This document shows positions 1 through 8,019 of a stretch of 22,631 nucleotides of DNA, piece after piece. This stretch comes from Pseudomonadota bacterium. GTDB lineage: Bacteria; Bdellovibrionota_G; JALEGL01; DATDPG01. The stretch spans positions 1-22,631 of the forward strand of contig JAZDIZ010000064.1 in assembly GCA_043804515.1 (NCBI GenBank), written 5' to 3'. The notes under the pieces were generated by a model. It saw nothing but the letters and a program-made list of their open reading frames with translations, did not search any database and was not told the DNA's origin. Every line of letters begins with the position of its first letter. Positions within the stretch are counted from its first letter, which is position 1. The translations under genes were made by a program, and so were the position numbers.

Positions 1-776
1 GAGAACGTCGTGCCCGAAGGTCCCATCAGGAACACCGGCCCTTGGGTCTTCGTCAAGACCTCTCCCAGCGGCGGGATGATGTCGAGCGACATGCCGAACG
101 TGCCGCTCCCGGTTCCGTTCACCGTGATGCTGGCCGGGATAGTCACATTCATGACAGGCCTCGTCTCGTTGTACCGGGAGAAGCTGTACGAATCCGCTGG
201 GCCTCCTGCCGTGATGGTCTTGTAGCTGTAGACTTGGTTGCTTGCGAACTGGATGAAGGTGCTTCCATACATCGAGGCCGAGCTGTTGCCCAATGTGACG
301 CCATTCACCGTCACATTGTCCATGCCCACCACGACCGCGCCGCTGGGGATGGTGAACGAGAACAGGCAGGCCATGGAGGTCTCTCCAATTCCATAGCCTC
401 CCAAGTATCCGTATCCGTAGCCCTCGTAGAGATCCCTCATGTATCCGTATCCATGGAATGTATATCCTTGGGTGAACCCGACGCTGGTCACTGAGCAGTT
501 GCTGGCACTCACCGCGTCGCTCTTCGTGCTGTTCTGGTACATTAGCATGGCCGTGACATCGCTGTAATTCGAAAGGACCTCGTCGGTCACCTTGCCTATG
601 GTAATCGTGACGTTCAACTGCGAGCCACCGGCTTGGCGGCTCACCGTGGGGCTCACGGCGCTGTTAATCCAGTATGCGGCAACCGGAGAAGAGTAAAACA
701 GGATCGCCACCACAAGGAGCGCGATCGCCATTGCGACGACGGCCTTGCTGCGTACGGCACCTGCGAACCCTTTCAT
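1..776 (-). CDS. Secreted/cell-surface (S-layer-like) glycoprotein, N-terminal part; runs off the window start
   Basis: Not in the ORF track. Manual translation from ATG 776 (alternative in-frame ATG 797) is open to the window edge: MKGFAGAVRSKAVVAMAIALLVVAILFYSSPVAA|YWINSAVSPTV...GYGYGY...FLMGPSGTTF. It has a Sec-type signal peptide ending VAA, is S/T/G/V-rich, has 9 N-X-S/T sequons in ~258 aa, and has GGTGG upstream of ATG 776. Confidence 0.8.
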   Translation of the reverse strand, partial: MKGFAGAVRSKAVVAMAIALLVVAILFYSSPVAAYWINSAVSPTVSRQAGGSQLNVTITIGKVTDEVLSNYSDVTAMLMYQNSTKSDAVSASNCSVTSVGFTQGYTFHGYGYMRDLYEGYGYGYLGGYGIGETSMACLFSFTIPSGAVVVGMDNVTVNGVTLGNSSASMYGSTFIQFASNQVYSYKTITAGGPADSYSFSRYNETRPVMNVTIPASITVNGTGSGTFGMSLDIIPPLGEVLTKTQGPVFLMGPSGTTF

Positions 777-837
777 GAATTTCCCACCTGAAGTCATGGC
801 AATCACACTCAATTATTTATCAGTTCCCAGAAGAATG

Positions 838-846
838 TTTAAATAA
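838..846 (-). promoter_or_regulatory. TATA-box-like element for the surface protein gene
   Basis: TTATTTAAA on the minus strand in an AT-rich patch, ~40 nt upstream of ATG 797. Confidence 0.5.
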
Positions 847-860
847 CTTCGCATTCCCTT

Positions 861-1066
861 GCCGAGGTCCTTAAGGCCGTTGCGTTATTCCTCGAAGAAA
901 GACAAAAACATCAAAAACTTGATTCGGGTCGGGTCAAATAACCCGATTCGAGGGGCGGCCTTTGCCGGTAGCGACCGGCAAGAGCCTCAACGCTGTGGCG
1001 TTGCGGCCCGGGCCGCCCCGTCGTCTTTCTCGTCTTATTTGTCAACGCCCTATCGCCGAGGTCCTT
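861..1066. mobile_element. MITE-like non-coding element (~182-184 bp) with flanking direct repeat
   Basis: Exact 12-bp direct repeat GCCGAGGTCCTT at 861-872 and 1055-1066. Imperfect terminal inverted repeats (AAGGCCGTTG..CGAAGAAAGAC versus reverse complement of the right end TAGGGCGTTG..CGAGAAAGAC). Internal palindrome GCGGCCCGGGCCGC at 1003-1016. Confidence 0.6.
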
Positions 1067-1197
1067 GGCAATCCTGCACGATCCAAATCAAAGGCAACGA
1101 ATCGGCCCCCCTATCGGGCCGCCTCGCCCTGATTTGGCGGGGGGGGGGGGTAAAAGGTTGCCGGCGCTCGAGGCTTCAGCCTCTGGGGAAGTTGCTG

Positions 1198-2586
1198 CTA
1201 TGGACGCCCGTTCCCTTCCGGAGACGTCGCGGGCTTCAGCCCGAAAGGGGGCACGCGGCCATCTGTTGCCGATCCGGCCCCGCTTGTGGCCCGGTCATTT
1301 TCAGACTGTTCCAAATCCCGCATCCGGGGCAAGTTCTCGTATTTGAGAAGGACCAGGCCGGCCGCCAGCAATGCGGCGTTTATGCCCAGCATGACGAACG
1401 GCGCGAGGGCGATGCTCGGCGCGAGATAGAACCCGGCCGCCCCCACGATCGGTATCAGGAGCGCGACCTTGGGGTAAGTTCCCGCGTGGGACGCGATGAA
1501 ATACCTGGAGATCAGGCTGTTGAAACAGTACAATACGACCGAAAGCGACAATACCATCAGGTACTGCAGTCCCTGGAGGTATTTGTCGGAATAGAGCACG
1601 GAAAGCACGAACCCGCCGGCGATCTGGTAGGCCACGAGGAAGCAAGCACCGCAAACCGCCACGGCAGCCAGCGTGAAAAAAAGCACGTCCCTGGGTTTTC
1701 CGAGGCGCTCTCTCCCCCCCGCCATCCTCGGAAACGCCACTACGGCAAGCGGCAGCAGCGCGTAGGATATGATCTTCGCCACCATCGAGGCGGCGGAATA
1801 GAACCCGAGGTTGTCCTCGTAAAACAGGTTGCCCATCACGATCAGATCGATGTTCATCGCAAAAAAAAGGCCCGCATCTATCATCAGGATGTTGAAGAAA
1901 TCGTCTCTTATCCGGCCGAACCCGTGCCCCTCGCCGTCCGTTCGAGGCATTTGGCCAATGGACCAAATCGCGATCAGCGCGCATACCATCGCGTTTGCGC
2001 CGAACGCGCCGAACGCCCCAAACAACCCGTAACCCAGCAGGCCGACCGCAAGCCCCCCCAGCACAAGCTTGGCGAGCGAACCGGCCACCGCAGCCAAGCC
2101 CGATAGAAAAAACCGCTCAAGTCCCTGGATCACCCCGTTCAATGCGGCCCAGACACATCCGAAACCCACGGCCACGGCGAATACCGGCGCCAGCCACGCA
2201 TCTTTTATGTGGAAATAATCCCCGAACGCCTGCGAGAACAGCATCAGGGGAATGCCCACTGCCAGGGAGAATGCGAGCGCAAGCTTGAGCGCGTACCTTG
2301 CAATCGCGGGGACGTTCTGTTTTTCCTGCGCCACCTTCTTGGTCACGAGCGTGGAGAAGCTGCCGACCAGCAGCAGGAACATGCCATAGGCGGCGATCAG
2401 CGCGCTCAGGGTGCCGTATTCGAGCGCCGTCAGCGCTCTTGCGACATAAAAATGGAAAAGGAATGCGAAGAAGTTGCCCAACAGGCTCGCCAGCGTGAAG
2501 AACGCCATGTTTTTCATGAGCGGATAATGCGGATGGATGGCCAGCCCCTCGTGGCATTTGATGCATTTTTCAACCAGTCGCTTCAT
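1198..2586 (-). CDS. Oligosaccharide/polysaccharide flippase (Wzx/MOP superfamily)
   Basis: Many hydrophobic TM segments, with typical flippase motifs VARALTALEYG, GVIQGLERF, NIDLIVMG, LGFYSAAS and VAFPRM; located in a glycosyltransferase locus. The true start could be a little downstream. Confidence 0.85.
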   Translation of the reverse strand: MKRLVEKCIKCHEGLAIHPHYPLMKNMAFFTLASLLGNFFAFLFHFYVARALTALEYGTLSALIAAYGMFLLLVGSFSTLVTKKVAQEKQNVPAIARYALKLALAFSLAVGIPLMLFSQAFGDYFHIKDAWLAPVFAVAVGFGCVWAALNGVIQGLERFFLSGLAAVAGSLAKLVLGGLAVGLLGYGLFGAFGAFGANAMVCALIAIWSIGQMPRTDGEGHGFGRIRDDFFNILMIDAGLFFAMNIDLIVMGNLFYEDNLGFYSAASMVAKIISYALLPLAVVAFPRMAGGRERLGKPRDVLFFTLAAVAVCGACFLVAYQIAGGFVLSVLYSDKYLQGLQYLMVLSLSVVLYCFNSLISRYFIASHAGTYPKVALLIPIVGAAGFYLAPSIALAPFVMLGINAALLAAGLVLLKYENLPRMRDLEQSENDRATSGAGSATDGRVPPFGLKPATSPEGNGRP

Positions 2587-2616
2587 GTCTATCCTGGGGG
2601 AGTTGGACGGCGAGGG

Positions 2617-2622
2617 ATAAAA
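2617..2622 (-). promoter_or_regulatory. TATA-like box, possible (near-)leaderless promoter of the flippase
   Basis: TTTTAT on the minus strand ~30 nt upstream of ATG 2586. Confidence 0.35.
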
Positions 2623-2676
2623 CGGTTCCTTGGTCCTGCGACCCGGTTTTAGGATCCCTGCATTTGTCTGGGGGCC

Positions 2677-2888
2677 TAGGCCTTTGATGAATTAAACGAC
2701 GAAAAAAACGGAAGACGGGCGGCCCGGGCCGCAACGGCAGCAGCGCGAGTCGGCCGGCGCTCGAGCGCCGGCTGTTTTTGTTCCATTATTTTTCCGATTC
2801 GGTATGAGTCTGCAACCGCCGGCCGTGCCCGCGACGCCCGAGCGCCCAGTCTCTCGTTTTATTGGTTCTCTCGTATTTGTCAAGCCCC
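2677..2888. repeat. Second copy of the intergenic palindromic/MITE-like family (core inverted relative to 861-1066)
   Basis: GGGCGGCCCGGGCCGCAACG at 2717-2736 is the exact reverse complement of 999-1018. The right end TATTTGTCAAGCCC (2874-2887) resembles TATTTGTCAACGCCC (1036-1050). Perfect 20-bp palindrome at 2753-2772. Confidence 0.65.
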
Positions 2889-2921
2889 GAGGGCCGGATT
2901 GCGTAAGGGATATATACGTTC

Positions 2922-3893
2922 ATGAACCAAAACTCCATCCTGTCTGCCGCGTGCATTCCGATGGTCGTCATGGGGGTTGATTCCAAATTCATTCGCGAGA
3001 ACCGGGTCATCCTGCCTTTTCTCTGGCTCGTGCTTCTCCTGGCGTTCATCTATTTCAAACTCGTCTTCAGGCCGTCCAACCCGGTTTCTTTCCCCCGGGT
3101 GGAAGAGCGGATGTGGACCGCATCCCTGGTCTTCCTTTCAATGTCCGGCGTGTTCTATGCCCCTGAACTGCTCGGCCTTCTTGGTTCAGCCATCCGAACT
3201 TGCCTTGCCTTCGCGCTCCGGACGCTTTCTCCCGTGGCCGGTTTCATCCGTTCGACGCTGACGAAATCCGTTCTTGTCGCGCAATCCGGCGTCACGCTCT
3301 TTGCAAGCAGGTTCCCGGCGCTCAAGCTCCACCTGGGCGTCCTGGGCCGGGTATGCGGCCACCATCTGTCCAAACTCGCCGCCTTCCTCTTTTCGTCTTC
3401 CGTTCGCTTCTTGCGGTTTGTGCATTCCGGCGGCTCACGCACGGCCGCGGGATTTTCGGCCTGCCATGCCGCCCTTTCCCCGTCCGGCCCGTATTATTTC
3501 GTCACGCTCGGCGTCGTCGCAGGCCTCGTGCTCTCGCCCCTGGTCATCTCCGGGCAGGAGGAACTGGCGGGCCCCGCATCCCTGCTCTTTGCAGGCTATG
3601 CCGTCTATTCCAATCAGAACCGGCGGGACGTGCGGATACTGGTCGTTACCTCGGCATTGTTTCTTCTCGCATGTCCTGTTTTTATGCTCTCCAAGCGGGA
3701 CGCTCTTGCGGAACTGGCGGCGGTCTATGCCTTTTATTCCATCTCCACCGCCGTTCTGCTGGGAATTGCCAGCCGTGCATACGAAGAGGGTTCGGATCGT
3801 GGCGCGAACGAAGAAGCGCGAACTGCGAAAAAAAGGGCGGTGATGCCCACATCCATATCCGATTGCGCCGGGGTCGATGCAGATGGCTTCTAA
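2922..3893 (+). CDS. Hypothetical integral membrane protein
   Basis: 323-aa ORF with N-terminal TM helices and a C-terminal ~4-TM block; first gene of the + strand run. Start uncertain (ATG 2922, 2961 or 2970). Confidence 0.65.
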   Translation: MNQNSILSAACIPMVVMGVDSKFIRENRVILPFLWLVLLLAFIYFKLVFRPSNPVSFPRVEERMWTASLVFLSMSGVFYAPELLGLLGSAIRTCLAFALRTLSPVAGFIRSTLTKSVLVAQSGVTLFASRFPALKLHLGVLGRVCGHHLSKLAAFLFSSSVRFLRFVHSGGSRTAAGFSACHAALSPSGPYYFVTLGVVAGLVLSPLVISGQEELAGPASLLFAGYAVYSNQNRRDVRILVVTSALFLLACPVFMLSKRDALAELAAVYAFYSISTAVLLGIASRAYEEGSDRGANEEARTAKKRAVMPTSISDCAGVDADGF

Positions 3894-5559
3894 ACCACTC
3901 TCCCGTTGGCGCCCGACCCTGCCGTCCATGGGCCAAATCCGGCTCTCCGAGATTTTTTGGGCCGTATTGCCGGGCGTTCTCGCCGGCTTTGCCATCCTGT
4001 ACCCGTTTTTCCTCTCTTCGGGCGAATTCATCTATCTTGACTGGAGCGGGACTTCCGTCAACCTGAACCCGTTCACGGACTTCATGCAATTATACGGGCA
4101 GGATTGGCTCGGCTTTAGGTTCATCCCGTTCCTTCTGGCGCAGCTGCCTTTCATACTGCTGTTCGGCGCCGGCGCGTCCGCGATTTTCTCGAAGCTGTTT
4201 TTCCTATTCATATTCGCGCTGGCCTCCACCGGCCTTTATCTCCTGTTGAAGGAATACTCCCGGCCCGTCTATCTGCTGGCCGTGGCCCTGTTGTGCTTCT
4301 CGCCGTTCGTGTACGAACGGGTCATGATGGGGCAATTCTTCGCGGTCCTGTCCCTCGCCGCCTTGCCCCTCATCCTCCATCTCGCCCGGGAATTCGTCGC
4401 GCCCCCCTCGTTCTCGTCCGCCTGGAAGCCGGCGGCGGCGCTCACGTTCCTGTGCTTGCAGGCGCAAGGCCTGCTCATCAACACGCTGGTCGTATCCGCG
4501 TATCTGTCCGTGCATGCGATTCTTTCCGGGAAAACCCGGGAACTGGTCCGGCCTTATCTGGGGTTCGCCGCCTTCCTTTTGCTCTTCAATCTTTATTGGC
4601 TGATTCCGGGCCTGCTGTTTCCCGGCCCGCCCATCCTCTCGTCAATCGATTCGACCCATCTGGAGTTTTTCCAGCCGCGCCCATCCGCGAATTTCAATAC
4701 CCTGGTGAAAGCCGCCGGCATGTATGGGGCATGGCGGGAGAACTCGATGAGGCTCGCGTACAATTATCCCCTCCTGCCGGTGCCGCGGGATTCATGGAAA
4801 CTCCTCTCCGTCGCTTTCGTGGCGTTCCTGCTGTTCCTTTCGGCATACGCCATTCTGCATTCCAAAAACAACGCCGTTTTCATCACGCTCCTTCTCTGCT
4901 GGCCGGCCGGCCTGTTTCTTGCCGCCGGAATCTCGCATCCGTGGAGCGAAGGCGCGTTCGGATGGTTTGCCCAGAATCTCCCGTTCTTCTCCGCTTTCAG
5001 GGATTCGAACAAGTGGGTGGAACTCGTCGCCATCGCCTACGCGGTTCTCGCGCCGATCGGAGCCTCCATCCTGTTCAAAGGCAGCCGCTTGGGGCCCGCC
5101 CTGGCCGTGATCTTCCTGCTGGTCCTGGTTTATGACTACCCCATATTCGGGCTTTCCGGGCAGATCAGCCCCGGCCGGTTCCCGGGCGAATACGCGACCA
5201 TGGGGGATCTCGCGGCGCCCTCGGGAAAGACGATCTATCTTCCATGGATGCTCTACGCATCGTATAACTGGTCATCGTCTTTCGGTCCCGACGGCCGGAT
5301 CGCGGTTCCACTCAAATTCAGCCAGCCAGCGATCATCTCCGGCAGCGATGCGGCCGATTTCGGGGCCGTTTCCGCCGAATCGCAGGAGATATCCGATTGC
5401 CTCGCCCTCCGCGATCCGGCCTGCCTCGCTTCGAGGGGCGTTTCGCGCGTGATTGTCGACGAATGTTTCGCAGCCCGGGACCTGTACTCGTGGGTCGGCG
5501 CGGACCGTCATATATATAAGCGGCAGGGCTGTCTAACCGTGTACGAATTGAAGCGATAG
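3877..5559 (+). CDS. Polytopic membrane protein, probable GT-C fold glycosyltransferase (DUF3367/AftD-like)
   Basis: Many TM segments plus an extracytoplasmic C-terminal domain; motifs YLDW, FSPFVYER, NLYWLIP, FSAFRDSNKW and YLPW. The start may be ATG 3883 or 3928. Confidence 0.65.
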   Translation: MQMASKPLSRWRPTLPSMGQIRLSEIFWAVLPGVLAGFAILYPFFLSSGEFIYLDWSGTSVNLNPFTDFMQLYGQDWLGFRFIPFLLAQLPFILLFGAGASAIFSKLFFLFIFALASTGLYLLLKEYSRPVYLLAVALLCFSPFVYERVMMGQFFAVLSLAALPLILHLAREFVAPPSFSSAWKPAAALTFLCLQAQGLLINTLVVSAYLSVHAILSGKTRELVRPYLGFAAFLLLFNLYWLIPGLLFPGPPILSSIDSTHLEFFQPRPSANFNTLVKAAGMYGAWRENSMRLAYNYPLLPVPRDSWKLLSVAFVAFLLFLSAYAILHSKNNAVFITLLLCWPAGLFLAAGISHPWSEGAFGWFAQNLPFFSAFRDSNKWVELVAIAYAVLAPIGASILFKGSRLGPALAVIFLLVLVYDYPIFGLSGQISPGRFPGEYATMGDLAAPSGKTIYLPWMLYASYNWSSSFGPDGRIAVPLKFSQPAIISGSDAADFGAVSAESQEISDCLALRDPACLASRGVSRVIVDECFAARDLYSWVGADRHIYKRQGCLTVYELKR

Positions 5560-5567
5560 GGATCGGC

Positions 5568-6296
5568 ATGCCTGCTTTATCTGTCATCGTCCCCTGCCAC
5601 AATAAGGGCAGGGTGGTCCACCGCTCTCTTTGCGATCTCCGGGGCGCTCTGCAAGGGCTGGGCATCCGGTATGAAATGGTGCTGGTGAACGACGCGAGCC
5701 GTGACAACACCCTGGCGGAGCTTGAGAAATTCGCGGGCAAGAACCCCGGCGCATGTGTCGTGGACCTGAAGGCCAATCTGGGAAAGGGCGGGGCGCTCAT
5801 GGAAGGGTTCAGGCATTCAAAAGGGGACCTGGTGCTGTTCGCCGATGCGGATTCCGACCTCCCCGCCGCGCAGATTCCGCGCTTTTTGGATTATATGGAG
5901 CGCTTCAGGGCCGATGTCATCATTGGCAGCAAGAACCACCCGGATTCAAGGGTGGTGTATCCATGGATCCGGCGCTTTCTTTCGCATGCCTACCTTATCC
6001 TGAATTTCGTCCTATTCAAGCTCCCGCTCTCGGACACGCAAGTGGGCCTCAAGCTCTTCCGCCGCTCCGTGCTTGAATATGCCGTCCCCCGCATGCTGGT
6101 GAAGACATACGCCTACGACCTTGAACTGCTCGTCCTCGCGCATCATGGCGGGTTCCACATCAAGGAGGCCCCGATCGAACTGAATTACAGCGGCTGGAGC
6201 GGGGTCTGCGGCGTCCCGATATTCTGGATTTTCTGGGACACGATGGCCATCTGGTACCGGCTCAAAGTGATGCATTATTATGATCTTAAGAAATGA
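5568..6296 (+). CDS. GT2 glycosyltransferase, polyprenol/dolichol-phosphate sugar synthase (DPM1-like)
   Basis: Motifs SVIVPCHN, VNDASRDNT, NLGKGGAL, FADADSD (DxD), DTQVGLKLFRR and YDLELL. Confidence 0.9.
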   Translation: MPALSVIVPCHNKGRVVHRSLCDLRGALQGLGIRYEMVLVNDASRDNTLAELEKFAGKNPGACVVDLKANLGKGGALMEGFRHSKGDLVLFADADSDLPAAQIPRFLDYMERFRADVIIGSKNHPDSRVVYPWIRRFLSHAYLILNFVLFKLPLSDTQVGLKLFRRSVLEYAVPRMLVKTYAYDLELLVLAHHGGFHIKEAPIELNYSGWSGVCGVPIFWIFWDTMAIWYRLKVMHYYDLKK

Positions 6297-6341
6297 CGGT
6301 TCGCGTCCTGGCATGGCGCTTCGCGTCCGGATCGTGTTCTC

Positions 6342-7433
6342 TTGAAAATCCTCGAATTCTCGTGGAAAGACATCTCCCACCCGCAGGCGGGAGGCGCTGA
6401 ACTCGTGACGGACCGCTATCTTTCGCGCCTCGCGGCGGACGGCCATCCGGTCACCTTGTTCTGTTCCGCCTATGCGGGTTGTGCGTCCCGGGAAGTCCTT
6501 CACGGCTACAAAATAGTCCGGCGCGGGAACCGGTTGAGCGTATATCTCTGGGCCTTGCATTATTACCTGACCGAAGCGAAGGGGAATTTCGACCTGATCA
6601 TCGACCAGATCAACACGCTCCCGTTCTTCACCCCCCTCTTCGCCCGCGAGCGGATCGTCGCGTTCATCCACCAGTTCGCGAAAGAATACTGGTTTTTCGA
6701 AACGCCCCCGCTGATTTCGCACATCGGCTGTTTCGCGGAACCGTTCCTCCTGTCCGCCTATGCGGGGAAGCGGACGATCACCGTATCAAATTCCACGCGC
6801 GCCGAGCTCGAATCCATCGGTTTTCGGGACGTGGTGGTGGTCCCGAACGGGCTTGACATGCCGCCTCTCGTAAAACCGGTCCGCAAGAAACCGCTCCTGG
6901 CCTATGTCGGCCGCGTCACGCGCGCGAAAAGGGTCGATCACGCCATCGAAGCCTTCGCCATCGTGCACGAAAAAAGGCCCGAATACCGGCTTGCCGTGAT
7001 CGGCGCGGGGCCGAAGGAATATGCGGATGCCCTCCATGCCCTCTCATCCCGCCTTGGCGTGGCGGACTGTGTCGATTTTCTGGGGAAAGTCGGGCGTTCC
7101 GAGCGGGATGAGGTGATGGCCGAATCCGCGGTCCTCATCAATCCCTCCGTTCGGGAAGGATGGGGAATGGTCATACTCGAAGCGAACGCCCGGGGCACCC
7201 CGGCCGCCGTGTATGACGTCCCCGGCCTCCGCGACTCGGTCCGCGACGGCCTCAACGGAGTCGTTGGCAAGGCGCAGAATCCCCGCGCGCTGGCGGACGC
7301 CATCCTGCGCATTCTCGAATCCCCGGACCCGGACTGGGGGCAAAGGTGCATCGCATATGCGAGGCAGTTTGACTGGGAGAGCAGCTACAAGGATTTCGCG
7401 CGCTCCATCTCGGCACCCCCGGCCTCGCCATGA
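6342..7433 (+). CDS. GT4 (GT-B) glycosyltransferase
   Basis: TTG start; motifs HPQAGGAE, TVSNST, VVPNG, YVGRV..KRVD and PSVREGWGMVILEANARGTP (E-x7-E), VPGLRDSV. Confidence 0.92.
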   Translation: MKILEFSWKDISHPQAGGAELVTDRYLSRLAADGHPVTLFCSAYAGCASREVLHGYKIVRRGNRLSVYLWALHYYLTEAKGNFDLIIDQINTLPFFTPLFARERIVAFIHQFAKEYWFFETPPLISHIGCFAEPFLLSAYAGKRTITVSNSTRAELESIGFRDVVVVPNGLDMPPLVKPVRKKPLLAYVGRVTRAKRVDHAIEAFAIVHEKRPEYRLAVIGAGPKEYADALHALSSRLGVADCVDFLGKVGRSERDEVMAESAVLINPSVREGWGMVILEANARGTPAAVYDVPGLRDSVRDGLNGVVGKAQNPRALADAILRILESPDPDWGQRCIAYARQFDWESSYKDFARSISAPPASP

Positions 7434-7436
7434 ACC

Positions 7437-8016
7437 CGGTCGAAGGCTACCCCACCCCAAGGGCGATTGCTGCGGCAATCGGTCGACTGCGGCCGACGTG
7501 GGGTATCCGCCATTCGACCGAGATATTGCCAACTGGGAATGCCGCTGCAAGCAGCGGAGTATCAACCCAGTTGGCAATGAAATGCGCATAATCGGCGGGC
7601 GCTGTGCCGCGTGTTGTTCGGAACCGCGGAGGGGGGACACCCCCCTCCCCAGTTTCACGTCGTTCAAGCCCTGCGGGGCTTGTACGCGCAAGCCGCCTCG
7701 AGGCGGCTTGTTCGCCCGAGAGGCGCGACGATTCGCGCCTCTGGGCACAGTCGGCTCTCCAGAGCCGACTCGTGTCCTCCTGACCCTCCCCCAGATGCGG
7801 TTTGGGTCTGATACCCCGCCGCTTGCGGCGGCACGGTTTGTCAACCTCTGCTGTAAGATACCCCGCAGCTCCCGCATCGGCTTATGGCCGATGGGGCATC
7901 GAGGCTCGAATCAAGCGTCGGCTCTTTGGAGCCGACGCTGCCCAATCGGCCGCAGCCGATTTGGGCGTCGAGCCTCGTTTGTGCTGCGGGGTTGTTTATT
8001 GTATTTGCCCGCGCCC
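7437..8016. repeat. Highly structured intergenic mosaic of nested palindromes (REP-like cluster or structured ncRNA)
   Basis: More than 10 perfect or near-perfect stems between convergent genes, e.g. 7437-7444/7513-7520, 7525-7537/7566-7578, 7628-7648, 7689-7710, 7749-7770, 7860-7869/7983-7992, 7900-7909/7968-7977 and 7914-7939. The motif GATACYCCGCNGCTTGCNGCGG occurs in both orientations. Confidence 0.7.
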
Positions 8017-8019
8017 TGT

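Noticed and set aside
10..494. Short + strand ORFs (10-225, 42-494)
   Set aside because: Antisense to the signal-peptide-bearing minus-strand ORF starting at 776.
859..2106. 415-aa + strand ORF
   Set aside because: Antisense shadow of the flippase plus the non-coding element; no recognisable domain and no transposase motifs.
7437..8016. RNase P RNA, SRP RNA, tRNA or self-splicing intron
   Set aside because: By eye I found no GAGGAAAGUCC-type P4 motif, SRP helix-8 motif, T-loop cloverleaf or group II domain V on either strand. An Rfam scan is still needed.
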